Assembly (NCBI GenBank): GCA_001443005.1
Contig: LEKQ01000016.1
Coordinates: forward strand, 10,788 to 74,787
Origin: a bacterium GBS-1
GTDB lineage: Bacteria > Synergistota > GBS-1
Length of the DNA: 64,000 bases
Direction: 5' to 3'
This document shows, one piece after another, positions 1 through 9,141 of this stretch. Position 1 is the first letter of the stretch, and each line of letters opens with the position of its first letter. A model generated the notes under the pieces. That model did not search any database. It saw only the letters and a list, made by a program, of their open reading frames with translations, and had not been told where the DNA came from. A program made the translations under genes and the position numbers.

Positions 1-1
1 G

Positions 2-247
2 GTTCTCGTTGGCTTCGCCTTGGAGACCGAAGACGTATTTGCGAACGCCTATAAGAAGCTTAAGGAGAAGGGTGCTGATTTTATAGTGGTTAACGAGGCG
101 ACGGTTGGCTTCGGTGGGGATGAAAATGAGGTCGCCTTCGTTTATCCTTCTGGCTTTGTTAGGTTTTTACCGCGCCTTCATAAAAAACGGGTAGCTGAAG
201 AGATACTAAGGGAAGCCAATGAGATACGTCTTAGATGTTGCCGTTGA
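2..247 (+). CDS. coaBC: C-terminal fragment of phosphopantothenoylcysteine decarboxylase/phosphopantothenate-cysteine ligase (CoaBC); 5' end lies outside the window
   Basis: Open frame from the window edge. The tail VGFALETEDVFANAYKKLKEKGADFIVVNE...ENEVAFV fits the conserved CoaB C-terminus (GFAaET...KL..K..D.iv.N). It lies directly upstream of priA, as in many bacteria. Confidence 0.6.
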   Translation, partial: VLVGFALETEDVFANAYKKLKEKGADFIVVNEATVGFGGDENEVAFVYPSGFVRFLPRLHKKRVAEEILREANEIRLRCCR

Positions 248-1994
248 GCGACCGCTTTACTCTCTTTTCTCCTACTCTCATTATAGGAAGCTTGATTTAG
301 GCGTTAGGGTTAAGGTCCCTTTAGGTAGGGGGTTTTCAAGGGGATGGGTTCTCAAGGTATCTCGGCTTGAAGAGGAGAGGGATCTCAAAAGCATAGATGA
401 GGTTATAGATGATTCTCCTCCCTTGCCTTCAACATGGTTGACCTTAGCTCAGATTATCTCTCAGGAGTATTGTTATCCCCTAGGGTTGACGCTTAAGCTC
501 CTCTTCCCTTACGATTACCTCCCTTCCTTCGGGGAGATAACCCTAAAGAGCGTTGGGGAGCGATTCAGCCGCTTAGTCGTCGGTTCAAGGCTTTCGAGGC
601 TCTCATACTATAGGGAGGTTATAGGCGAGTTTCTCGCGGCGGGAGAGAAGGTGATACTCCTAGTTCCTCAGCTTGAGGATATGGAGGATTGGGCATCGAA
701 GCTCTCCTTTGACAACACTTTCCTTTGGTATAGCGAGATAAGGAGGAGCGAGAGGAAAAGAGCTTGGAACGCTGCAAAAGGCGAAGGTGGGGCTCTATTC
801 ATAGGTACTTTTTCCCTGTCTCTTGTTCCCATGAGAAATCTTGGCCTTGTTATTGTTGATGATGAGGGTAGTAGCTACTTAAGAAGGCTTTCTCTACCCT
901 ACATCCACGCGAGGGATGCAATTTTGCTAAGGCGGAGGGTAGAGAGCTTCTCAGTGATTCTGGGTGGAGCGATTTTAAGCGCGGAAAGCTTTAACCTCGT
1001 TAAAGAGGGGTGGGATCTTGAGGAGTTGCCGGGAAGTAAGCCTAAGTATAGGCTTATCGACCTTAAGAGAAGTTCCAAGGTGGCTTTTCTATCTCAGTCT
1101 CTTTTCAGTAAGATAAAGGCGAATCTCAAGCTTGGGGGAAAAAGCGTTATACTATTGAATAGGAAGGCTTATGCTTCTTACTTGAAGTGTGAAGAGTGCG
1201 GATATATTCCGAAGTGCTCAAACTGCGATATCCCTCTTTCTCTTTATAGGGAGGAGGGGAAGCTTAAGTGCCCTTACTGTGGTTATGAGAGGTCCTTTTC
1301 CGATACCTGTTTTAACTGCGGTGGCTACTTCTTTAAGCTAGGTTCGCCTGGTATAGAGAGCTTGGCTTCCCTGTTGAGGAGGAGGTTGGGGTCAGGCGTG
1401 GCAGTATGGGATGCGGAGACTGAGCTGTTTGATGAGAGTGCTTTAATTATAGTTGGGACTCAAAGAGTACTTCAGCCGAAGATAATGAACGGAGTTAAGC
1501 TGGCCTGTATCGCCCTTGCTGATCTTTCTCTATACAAATCGAGCTATAGGAGCGAGGAGGAGACCTTAAGGATGATATATTCCCTTGCCTCCTTCTCTCC
1601 GGAAGAGCTTTACGTCCAGACTTACGTTCCTGAGCATCCCGTTTTCAAGATATTTAGAGAAGACTCATGGAAGGAGTTCCTGGAAGCGGAGCTAGACAAG
1701 AGGAAGGAGCTTCGTTATCCCCCTTTTTACTCACTCGCTTTGGTATCGCTTAAGGGTAAAAGAGAGCTTTTCTTGATGAGCAAGCTTAAGGAGCTTAAGT
1801 TGGCCTTAGAGGGTAGAGCTATTGAGGTTTTAGGGCCCATAAGAAGAGTCCTACCCGATGGGAAGATCTCTCTGTCTTTGCTACTTAAAGGTAAGAAGGG
1901 GGAGCTCGAGAAGGAGCTCTGTGACCTTTTGGAAAATGGTAAAATTAAGCCTTCGAAGGAGTTAGAGATAATCGTTGATCCACCGGAGGTGTAG
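219..1994 (+). CDS. priA: Primosomal protein N' (PriA)-like protein with degenerate helicase motifs
   Basis: N-terminus MRYVLDVAVERPL..FSY matches the PriA 3'-DNA-binding region. The Cys-rich zinc region is present (CEECGYIPKCSNCDIPLSLY...KCPYCGY....CFNCGG). Walker A, DEAH and motif VI positions are not conserved (see finding). Confidence 0.75.
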   Translation: MRYVLDVAVERPLYSLFSYSHYRKLDLGVRVKVPLGRGFSRGWVLKVSRLEEERDLKSIDEVIDDSPPLPSTWLTLAQIISQEYCYPLGLTLKLLFPYDYLPSFGEITLKSVGERFSRLVVGSRLSRLSYYREVIGEFLAAGEKVILLVPQLEDMEDWASKLSFDNTFLWYSEIRRSERKRAWNAAKGEGGALFIGTFSLSLVPMRNLGLVIVDDEGSSYLRRLSLPYIHARDAILLRRRVESFSVILGGAILSAESFNLVKEGWDLEELPGSKPKYRLIDLKRSSKVAFLSQSLFSKIKANLKLGGKSVILLNRKAYASYLKCEECGYIPKCSNCDIPLSLYREEGKLKCPYCGYERSFSDTCFNCGGYFFKLGSPGIESLASLLRRRLGSGVAVWDAETELFDESALIIVGTQRVLQPKIMNGVKLACIALADLSLYKSSYRSEEETLRMIYSLASFSPEELYVQTYVPEHPVFKIFREDSWKEFLEAELDKRKELRYPPFYSLALVSLKGKRELFLMSKLKELKLALEGRAIEVLGPIRRVLPDGKISLSLLLKGKKGELEKELCDLLENGKIKPSKELEIIVDPPEV

Positions 1995-2001
1995 ACTAAA
2001 G

Positions 2002-3309
2002 GTGTCTTTGCCTATAGTTGCCATAGTTGGAAGACCCAATGTGGGGAAATCGACCCTTTTCAACAAGATAATAGGGGAGAGAAGGGCTATAGTTGGGGAT
2101 GTGCCGGGTATAACGCGAGATAGGATATATGGTATAGGGGAGTGGCTTGGAAGGAGGTTTTGGGTAGTTGATACTGGAGGATTGGTCCTTGGTGAGAAGG
2201 ACCCTATATGGGAGGGTGTGAAGGAGCAGGTTTTGAGGGCGCTTGATGAGGCGGATGTGATCTTGTTCGTCGTTGATGGTAAAACCGGTCCCCTGCCATC
2301 TGACCGAGAGGTAGCAGACGTGGTAAGGAAGTATGGTAGGAAGGTCTTGCTGGTTGTGAACAAGATAGATGAGGGAAAACATGAGGGTCTCGTTAGCGAT
2401 TTTTACTCCCTTGGGATAGACGAGATCATCTCCATATCGGCTGAATCCAAGAGGAAGCTTGACGAGCTATTAGATAAGGTTGTATCCCTATTGCCTGAGA
2501 GCGATGAAAGCGCTGATGTTCAGGCGGAAGTTAAGGTTGCCATACTCGGTAGGCCTAACGTGGGAAAGTCTTCCCTTCTTAACGTTCTTGTTGGTGAGGA
2601 GAGGGCTTTGGTTTGCGAAGAGCCGGGGACGACCCGGGATTCCGTAGACAGCCTAATTAAGCGCGGAGGAAGGGATTACCTCTTCGTCGATACTGCTGGA
2701 TTGAGGAGAAAGTCAAGGGTTAAGGATGATATAGAGTATTACAGTACTTTAAGGTGTCTTTCCGCTTTGGAAAGGAGCGACGTCGCCATACTGGTGCTCG
2801 ATGCTCTGGAGCCAGCAACCATGCAGGATAAGAGGATAGCTGGTATGATAGAGGAAAAGGGGCGAGGGATAATAATAGCTGTTAATAAGGTGGATCTTAT
2901 ACCGGGCTACGACCCTTCCCTTTTTAGGAGCTTTCTTCAGAAGGAGTTTTACTTTGTGAACTATGCTCCTGTGCTCTTCATATCTGCTAAAACCGGCTAT
3001 AACGTTGAAGAGATATTCCCCACCGTTGACAGGGTTTACGCCAATTGGAAGATGAGAATACCCACCTCTCAGCTAAATAGGGTTTTGGAGGAAGCGCTCT
3101 ATATATCTCCTCCACCATCGGACAAGAGGGGTAGGCGCTTGAAAGTTTATTTTGCATCTCAAAAGGGAGAGGGACCGCCCCTTTTTGAGCTTTCTGTTAA
3201 CGATGAGAAGCTCGTTAAGCAGAGCTACCTTGCTTATCTCGAAAATAGGCTTAGGGAGGCCTTTGGTTTTGAAGGGACTCCTATAAGATTTCGCCTAAGG
3301 AGGCACTAA
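2002..3309 (+). CDS. der: Ribosome-associated GTPase Der/EngA (tandem GTPase domains plus KH-like C-terminus)
   Basis: Two P-loops GRPNVGKS, DTGG/DTAG motifs and NKID/NKVD motifs. The GTG at 2002 lies 12 nt after GGAGG. The ORF-track TTG at 1975 is also possible. Confidence 0.9.
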   Translation: MSLPIVAIVGRPNVGKSTLFNKIIGERRAIVGDVPGITRDRIYGIGEWLGRRFWVVDTGGLVLGEKDPIWEGVKEQVLRALDEADVILFVVDGKTGPLPSDREVADVVRKYGRKVLLVVNKIDEGKHEGLVSDFYSLGIDEIISISAESKRKLDELLDKVVSLLPESDESADVQAEVKVAILGRPNVGKSSLLNVLVGEERALVCEEPGTTRDSVDSLIKRGGRDYLFVDTAGLRRKSRVKDDIEYYSTLRCLSALERSDVAILVLDALEPATMQDKRIAGMIEEKGRGIIIAVNKVDLIPGYDPSLFRSFLQKEFYFVNYAPVLFISAKTGYNVEEIFPTVDRVYANWKMRIPTSQLNRVLEEALYISPPPSDKRGRRLKVYFASQKGEGPPLFELSVNDEKLVKQSYLAYLENRLREAFGFEGTPIRFRLRRH

Positions 3310-3315
3310 ACTGCC

Positions 3316-4002
3316 TTGAGTAAGGTAATAGCCATCGTAGATGATGAGGAGGATATAGTTGAGCTTATATCGCATAGCCTTAATAAGGAGGGTTTTGACA
3401 CGAGAGCTTTTTATGATGGGGAGAGCTTTCTCTCTGGCCTGGATAGGTTTTATCCTGACCTCGTGATACTGGATATCCTTCTACCCGGAGCCGATGGTCT
3501 TGAGATATTAAGGTATCTTAAGAAGAATGATAGGTTCTCTGGTATACCTGTTTTAATGTTAAGCGTTAAGGATTCGGAGACCGATAAGGTGGTGGGGCTT
3601 GAGCTTGGCGCTGATGACTACCTGACTAAGCCCTTCAGCGTGCGAGAGCTCGTCGCTCGCGTTAAGGCTCTCTTAAGGAGGGCGAAGAGCGCCGGGTCTA
3701 AGTCAGGCGTCTTAAGTCTGGGCTCCTCTCTCTTAGTGGACCTGGAAAGAATGGAGGTTACCCTTGAGGGTAAAAGGGTTGATTTGACTCCCGTTGAGTT
3801 TAAGCTTTTAGTTATATTTCTTCAAAACCCTTCAAGGGTCTTTACAAGGGAGGAGCTTCTTGAGCGCTTTTGGGGTGGTAAGTTCGTGGTTGACCGCACC
3901 ATAGATGTTCACATCAGCAGCTTGAGGAGAAAGCTGGGAGAGTTTGGGGGAGCCATAAAGTCCATAAGAGGAGTAGGTTATAAGTTTGAGATGGAAGGAT
4001 AA
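3316..4002 (+). CDS. OmpR/PhoB-family response regulator
   Basis: Receiver domain (DDEEDI..., DLVILDILLPG, K at LTKPF) followed by a winged-helix output domain (LTPVEFKLL...RGVGYKF). Confidence 0.85.
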   Translation: MSKVIAIVDDEEDIVELISHSLNKEGFDTRAFYDGESFLSGLDRFYPDLVILDILLPGADGLEILRYLKKNDRFSGIPVLMLSVKDSETDKVVGLELGADDYLTKPFSVRELVARVKALLRRAKSAGSKSGVLSLGSSLLVDLERMEVTLEGKRVDLTPVEFKLLVIFLQNPSRVFTREELLERFWGGKFVVDRTIDVHISSLRRKLGEFGGAIKSIRGVGYKFEMEG

Positions 4003-5272
4003 AATAACGCTATTTTGGGTTTCCATCCTTCTTTTTCTTTTAATTATCAAGGTTGAGAGCCCCTCTATTAAGCTTGTTTTAGCCATCGCCTTTGCCCTCT
4101 TTCTCCATATACTGATTAGGCGTTCGGAGGAGGATCTTAAACGCTTGCTTTACCTCCTTAGAAGGATCAGGGCGGGAGACCATAGTGCCAAGTTTTTCGT
4201 CGATAGTGATGATGATATTGGAAGGCTATTTTATGAAGTGAATGAACTTTCAACTTATATAGAGGCCCTTTCCAGAGATCTCGCCAAAAGGGGTAGGGAG
4301 ATTGAGGCTCTGCTTTTAACAGTTAAGGACCCGATTGTGTTGTTGGATGGGCTTGGAAGAATAAAAAAAGCGAACTCTGCCTTTGCCAAGCTCTTTGGTG
4401 ATCTCTCTGAGAAGTCTTTGGAAGGGAGATGGTATTGGGAGATATTAAGGGAGAAGGGTTTCTTTGACCTGATTGATGAGGTTAGGAGGGGCGAGAAGGT
4501 GGACGATCTAACTTTAAATATAGGGGAGCGGTTCTTCTTGGTAAGCGGTTCTTCCTTGGGAGAGGAGACCCTGTTTTGCCTTAAGGATATAACCGATGAA
4601 GTACGCTCCAGGAGGAAAGAATCGGAGCTCATTTCTAACATGGCCCATGAGATAAAGACACCACTTACGGCGATCAAAGGGGCGATCGAGGCGATCGAGG
4701 ATGGTGGTGATCCTAACAGGTTTCTTGCCATGGTGAAGAGAAACGTTGAGAGGCTTACGAGGGTGGCTTCTGATCTTCTCCTGCTTCAGGAGATGGATGG
4801 CGGCAGGAGACTGGAGTTTGATGATGTAGATTTGAGGGAGCTTACGCTTAGCGTTAAGACCATATTTGAGGAGGAGGCCAAGCGAAGGGGTATCTTTATA
4901 GATTTAGATCTCCCTAAGCATGAGGTTTTCGTTAAGGGCGATCGCTTTCTACTTGAGTGCGCCTTCGTGAACCTTGTTGATAACGCCATAAAGTATAACG
5001 TTGAGGGTGGTAGAGTTAGGCTCGGCCTTTTCCAAGGGGAGTCGGAGGTTCGATTCGTGGTTGAGGATACGGGAATAGGAATACCGCGCGAGCATATCCC
5101 TTATATATTCGATAAGTTCTATGTGGTGGATAGGTCTCGGTCTAGGAAGCTAGGGGGAGCTGGTCTCGGTTTATCTATCGTTAAAGATGTGGTCTCTCTT
5201 CATGGAGGTAGGGTTGAGGTTCAGAGTGATTTTGGCAAAGGTAGTAAATTTACCTTGGTGTTTCCACTTTAG
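3986..5272 (+). CDS. Sensor histidine kinase, PhoR-like (TM-linker-PAS-HisKA-HATPase)
   Basis: N-terminal hydrophobic segments. H-box SNMAHEIKTPLTAI, N-box NLVDNAIKY, G-boxes EDTGIGIP and GGAGLGLSIV. It overlaps the regulator gene by 17 nt. Confidence 0.85.
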   Translation: MRWKDKITLFWVSILLFLLIIKVESPSIKLVLAIAFALFLHILIRRSEEDLKRLLYLLRRIRAGDHSAKFFVDSDDDIGRLFYEVNELSTYIEALSRDLAKRGREIEALLLTVKDPIVLLDGLGRIKKANSAFAKLFGDLSEKSLEGRWYWEILREKGFFDLIDEVRRGEKVDDLTLNIGERFFLVSGSSLGEETLFCLKDITDEVRSRRKESELISNMAHEIKTPLTAIKGAIEAIEDGGDPNRFLAMVKRNVERLTRVASDLLLLQEMDGGRRLEFDDVDLRELTLSVKTIFEEEAKRRGIFIDLDLPKHEVFVKGDRFLLECAFVNLVDNAIKYNVEGGRVRLGLFQGESEVRFVVEDTGIGIPREHIPYIFDKFYVVDRSRSRKLGGAGLGLSIVKDVVSLHGGRVEVQSDFGKGSKFTLVFPL

Positions 5273-5278
5273 TTTTCC

Positions 5279-5307
5279 TTGCCCCTTAAGGGGTATTTTG
5301 GTATAAT
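5279..5307 (+). promoter_or_regulatory. Sigma-70-type promoter for dctQM
   Basis: TTGCCC (5279-5284), 17-nt spacer, TGgTATAAT (extended -10, TATAAT at 5302-5307), about 50 nt upstream of the dctQ ATG. Confidence 0.5.
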
Positions 5308-5359
5308 GGCATCGGAGCTTTAGGAGCATCAATTTTAGGAGATAGGGGGTAAGGGAAGG

Positions 5360-5896
5360 ATGGCCTTGTTTATATGGAAATTTCTTGAAAGGGCTGAGCA
5401 AACCATACTGGTTATTGTTTCTATCACGGTAACAGTTCTTGTCATGATAGAGGTGATCTTAAGATATGTTTTCGCTCACCCGTTGATGGGGGTTGAGGAG
5501 CTTGCTACTTTGGTGGCTTGTTGGCTTTACTTCATCGGGTCAGCGCACGCTTCTCGCGAAAGAAGCCATATAATGGCGGATGTGCTAAACACTATCGTTA
5601 AGACTCCTAGAAACTTCGTGAAGATCAAGTTTTTCATAACCTTGTTTACCTTTATCATGACCATAATTTTTCTTGAATGGTCCTGGGGGTATATACGTTG
5701 GGCTTTAAGGTTTCCAGAGTACACGCCTTCCTTGAGATTACCCCTTCTTTACGCTCAAATTTCGATGCTTATATCCGCCGTCTTAATGGTCTTCTACACC
5801 TTTGTGGAGCTTGTGGACTATGCCTTGCAGCTTTTAGGTAAGAGGGAGATAACTGTTAAGAGGGAAGAGGAGTTACCTCAAGTTGAAAAAGGATAG
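5360..5896 (+). CDS. dctQ: TRAP transporter small permease (DctQ family)
   Basis: 178 aa with four hydrophobic helices, immediately upstream of a DctM-type large permease. Confidence 0.8.
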   Translation: MALFIWKFLERAEQTILVIVSITVTVLVMIEVILRYVFAHPLMGVEELATLVACWLYFIGSAHASRERSHIMADVLNTIVKTPRNFVKIKFFITLFTFIMTIIFLEWSWGYIRWALRFPEYTPSLRLPLLYAQISMLISAVLMVFYTFVELVDYALQLLGKREITVKREEELPQVEKG

Positions 5897-5916
5897 CTTG
5901 GGAGGGAGGTAGGCTT

Positions 5917-7221
5917 ATGCATATAGTAATCGATATCCTTATTTTGATAGTAGGTTTATCCATAGGTGTTCCCGTTCCCTTCGCTTTTATGGCTGCGGCC
6001 TTGTATATGGCGATGGTTGCCTTTCCGGATCTTTCCTTTTTGGCGAGCGTCGGCTTTAAGGCTCTTAATTCGATAACCTTGCTTTCTATACCTTTCTTCA
6101 TTATGGCGGGCATGCTCATGGGCTCAAGCGGTATAGCGGAAAGGTTAGTTATATTTGCTGAAGCTCTGCTTGGTAGAATGAGGGGGGGATTGGGGGCTGC
6201 TACCATATGGGCCTGTGCCATCTTTGGAGCCATATCTGGGACCGCCTCCTCAGCGGTAGCTGCTATTGGTACGATAATGATACCAAAGCTCGAAGAAAGA
6301 GGCTATCCGCGGTATTACACTACAGCTATGGTTAGCTGCGCTGCGATTTTGGGTCAGCTTATTCCGCCAAGCGTTCCGATGATACTTTACGGTTGGGTAA
6401 CCCAGACTTCCATAACCGCCTGTTTCCTCTCTACGGTTATCCCGGGGGTTCTAACCGCCACCTTATACTCCATAATAAACTACATAATGGTTAGGAAAAA
6501 CTTTCCCTTAGTTAAAGTAGAGCCTCCCGCTCCCGGCTTTGAGAAGATAAAGATAATAGCTAGTGCTACAAGGAAAAGCATTTGGAGCCTTCTCATGCCG
6601 GTCATAATCCTCGGTGGAATTTACGGCGGTGTGACTACTCCTACTGAGGCAGCTGCGGTTGCGGTTACCTACGCCATAATAGTCGGTTTCTTCGTTCATA
6701 GGGAGCTTGACCTTAAGACTTTTTTCCGTTCCTTAAGCACAGCTGCAACTACAAGCAGCGTTATAATTTTGATGCTCTTTTTCGTGACCATCCTGGGTAG
6801 AATTTATACCATGCAGAAGGTCCCGATGATCATCGCTGACTTCCTGATCTCTATATCCGATAATAAATATGTTATACTTTTCATGATAAATATTTTCCTT
6901 ATAATAATAGGGATGCTTATGGATGACTTAAGCGGTACCTTGCTTGTGGCGCCCCTTCTTCTACCCCTGGCCGTTCGCATAGGTGTGCATCCTGTTCACT
7001 TTGCGGCGATCCTAGGAACGAACCTTGGGCTCGGTAACGTCACTCCTCCGACCGCTCCTATACTCTACCTCGGCGGGCGCGTAGGTAAAGTTTCCTTTGA
7101 CCAGTATATAAAGCCTGCGATAATATTCATGATCTTCGGTAACGTTCCTGTCATACTTCTTACCACCTACGTTCCATGGTTATCTATGTTCCTTCCGCGT
7201 CTTGTGCTTGGTATTAGGTAG
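5917..7221 (+). CDS. dctM: TRAP transporter large permease (DctM family)
   Basis: 434-aa polytopic protein with DctM-like segments (IPFFIMAG.LM..SGIAERL, AISGTASSAVAAIG, GTNLGLGNVTPP). Strong RBS GGGAGGGAGG. Confidence 0.9.
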   Translation: MHIVIDILILIVGLSIGVPVPFAFMAAALYMAMVAFPDLSFLASVGFKALNSITLLSIPFFIMAGMLMGSSGIAERLVIFAEALLGRMRGGLGAATIWACAIFGAISGTASSAVAAIGTIMIPKLEERGYPRYYTTAMVSCAAILGQLIPPSVPMILYGWVTQTSITACFLSTVIPGVLTATLYSIINYIMVRKNFPLVKVEPPAPGFEKIKIIASATRKSIWSLLMPVIILGGIYGGVTTPTEAAAVAVTYAIIVGFFVHRELDLKTFFRSLSTAATTSSVIILMLFFVTILGRIYTMQKVPMIIADFLISISDNKYVILFMINIFLIIIGMLMDDLSGTLLVAPLLLPLAVRIGVHPVHFAAILGTNLGLGNVTPPTAPILYLGGRVGKVSFDQYIKPAIIFMIFGNVPVILLTTYVPWLSMFLPRLVLGIR

Positions 7222-7229
7222 GCAAGATT

Positions 7230-7262
7230 AAAGCCCTTCAGGTTTTAAGCCTGAAGGGCTTT
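7230..7262. terminator. Bidirectional intrinsic terminator shared by dctM (+) and ortB (-)
   Basis: Perfect 13-bp stem AAAGCCCTTCAGG / CCTGAAGGGCTTT with a 7-nt loop and T-rich tracts on both strands. It overlaps the last codons of ortB. Confidence 0.7.
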
Positions 7263-8672
7263 CTTTACCTCATCTATCAGCTTTAGAACCTCCTCTCGAG
7301 AGAGCCTTAGATCTTCTTCGAGGAAGTTTAGCTCGGTCTCGTCGAAAGATGTTTTACCTTCGCGCCTCATGAGCTCCTTAAGGTAGCTTCTCTTAAGCTC
7401 TTCAAGTGGATATTCTATGTGCTTTATTTGAGAGGGGTGCTCAGGTATTGCTATAACCTTTCCGGGTTTATCCTCCTTCAAGGGGTCTCCCCGTTTTATG
7501 ATCATCCCCATCTTTTTAGCGAAGGTTAGCTGAGCCGATGGGAGCTTTCCCGCACCAGTATATTCTGTTTCATTTACCACTATTATTTGGTCCTCGTCCA
7601 TCTCCATAGCTAGGGAGAATGCGGCGGCTAAGGAGGTGTTTCCCGCTGGGCCTCTCTGCAGTCCTTCAAGGTGGGCGAGCATCTCAGTGACGTAGAAGAC
7701 CTCTCCCTGCGTTACCAGAACATACCTGTCCATGTACCTTAGTGGTCTGGCTGCGTTCTTTGGGACGTCGGCTCTATCGGGGTAAGCGGCGAAGGGTATG
7801 CCGAAACCGGTATGCCCCGTGGTGAAGTACTTTCTGTTAAAGTCTTTCGTGCTTGCCATGTGAAGCCCTCTTAAGTCCACGCTTGCTCCTATGACTTTGG
7901 TTTCCGTTGCACCCGCCTTCTTTAATCCTCGAGCTGTTCCAGTGATCAACCCTCCTCCTGCGTGGGTCACAACCACGGCATCGGGGAATCTGCCCGTGAG
8001 TTTCTGCGTCTGCTCAGCTATCTCATAGCCAAGGGTCTCGATCCCAGCTATCGCATAGGGGGTATACAACGAGGCGTTGAAGTAGCCCGTTTCCTCAAGT
8101 AGAACTAAGGTGTAGTAAAACAGCTCAGGGCCGACCGTTAGCTGAACTACCTCTGCGCCGTAGGCCTCGCAAGCTCTGCCTTTCTCTAATATCTCCGGCT
8201 GACCAATCCAATCGTTGTCGAAACACTCTTGCACTATTATGCATCTTAAGTTCTTCTTTGCAGCCTGTGAGGCGACCGCCGCACCGTAATTTCCGCTCGT
8301 TGCAGCTATCACTCCCTTGTACCCTAAGCTTGCCGCGCGATATATGCTTACGGAGGCTCGCCTATCCTTGAAGCTGCCAGAGGGGTTGGCGGCTTCATCT
8401 TTAAGAAATATCCTTGCTCCCTTTCCCTTTGGAGCAAGCTTTTTTATGAGCCTATTTATATTTTTTAACTCAACCAAAGGGGTGTTCCCAACGCAGGTTT
8501 CACTTTGTATCCTTTTGACCTCCTCTATGGAGTACCCAACCTCTTTCATCATCTTCTCGTAGTCGAAGGCGATTCCTCTTATTATGAACTTTTCGTAGTC
8601 TATACCTACCGCTTTTTTCATTATCTCCGCTCTTCTTGCCATAACTGCTTCAAAGGAGTATCTACCTTCCAT
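7245..8672 (-). CDS. ortB: 2-amino-4-oxopentanoate thiolase beta subunit-like PLP enzyme (OrtB family)
   Basis: 475 aa with a Trp-synthase-beta-fold PLP lysine motif (NPSGSFKDRRA) and GNYG. The N-terminal extension is typical of OrtB. It is adjacent to a ~100-aa OrtA-like partner gene. Confidence 0.75.
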   Translation of the reverse strand: MEGRYSFEAVMARRAEIMKKAVGIDYEKFIIRGIAFDYEKMMKEVGYSIEEVKRIQSETCVGNTPLVELKNINRLIKKLAPKGKGARIFLKDEAANPSGSFKDRRASVSIYRAASLGYKGVIAATSGNYGAAVASQAAKKNLRCIIVQECFDNDWIGQPEILEKGRACEAYGAEVVQLTVGPELFYYTLVLLEETGYFNASLYTPYAIAGIETLGYEIAEQTQKLTGRFPDAVVVTHAGGGLITGTARGLKKAGATETKVIGASVDLRGLHMASTKDFNRKYFTTGHTGFGIPFAAYPDRADVPKNAARPLRYMDRYVLVTQGEVFYVTEMLAHLEGLQRGPAGNTSLAAAFSLAMEMDEDQIIVVNETEYTGAGKLPSAQLTFAKKMGMIIKRGDPLKEDKPGKVIAIPEHPSQIKHIEYPLEELKRSYLKELMRREGKTSFDETELNFLEEDLRLSREEVLKLIDEVKKALQA

Positions 8673-8673
8673 C

Positions 8674-8973
8674 TTACATCCCCCCTAAAAGTTCCCTTAG
8701 TTCTTCACCTATGGTTAGGATCTCTGGAACCGGTTCTCCAAAGTTGTGTTCATACTTCGGATTAATGGCTATGAGCTTTCCCTCTACCTCTCTACCGGAG
8801 AAGGTCCTTATGCGAACCACCTCCCCCAAAGAGGCCTCATCGTTAAGCATGAACCCCTTTACTCTCATCTCGAAAGGGACCCTCTTCGTGTCCTCTGGCA
8901 GGTTGGGAGCTCGCTCCTCCGGTTCCAGTATCCTGACCTCGATCTGGACAAAATCTCCCTTTTTCGCTTTCAT
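8674..8973 (-). CDS. ortA: 2-amino-4-oxopentanoate thiolase alpha subunit-like protein (OrtA family)
   Basis: 99 aa. MKAKKGDFVQIEVRILEPEERAPNLPEDTKRVPFEMRVKGF...NPKYEHNFG matches my recollection of the OrtA family. It sits 1 nt upstream of ortB. Confidence 0.75.
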   Translation of the reverse strand: MKAKKGDFVQIEVRILEPEERAPNLPEDTKRVPFEMRVKGFMLNDEASLGEVVRIRTFSGREVEGKLIAINPKYEHNFGEPVPEILTIGEELRELLGGM

Positions 8974-9075
8974 TGACTCACCTCCCTTCTTTTTAGCTTA
9001 GATTATCGGATCTTAAGCTATTTTTCAAGCTGTGAAAATCTTTCAATAAAGCTAGAGAAAAACCTTTTAAGGCTC

Positions 9076-9105
9076 TTGCTTTGCTTTAAATGTTTATGCT
9101 AAAAT
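9076..9105 (+). promoter_or_regulatory. Candidate promoter for dctP
   Basis: TTGCTT (9076-9081), 18-nt spacer, TGcTAAAAT (TAAAAT at 9100-9105). The RBS GGGGAGGTGG precedes the TTG start at 9142. Confidence 0.4.
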
Positions 9106-9141
9106 ATACTTTGTAAAATAGCCTAGGGGAGGTGGGGAAGT

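Noticed and set aside
1962-2382. Two minus-strand ORFs (133 and 128 aa) antisense to der
   Set aside because: They lie entirely inside a well-supported GTPase gene. Their composition is low-complexity and Ser/Pro/Thr-rich, typical of shadow frames. No RBS or motifs were found. The same applies to the other long antisense ORFs in the track, for example 4255-4731, 12306-12647, 27262-27786, 37565-37960, 41227-41658, 44381-44875, 45524-45958, 59816-60166 and 62783-63193.
8317-9001. Several plus-strand ORFs (76-96 aa) overlapping ortB/ortA
   Set aside because: They are shadow ORFs opposite two well-supported genes, with low-complexity translations.
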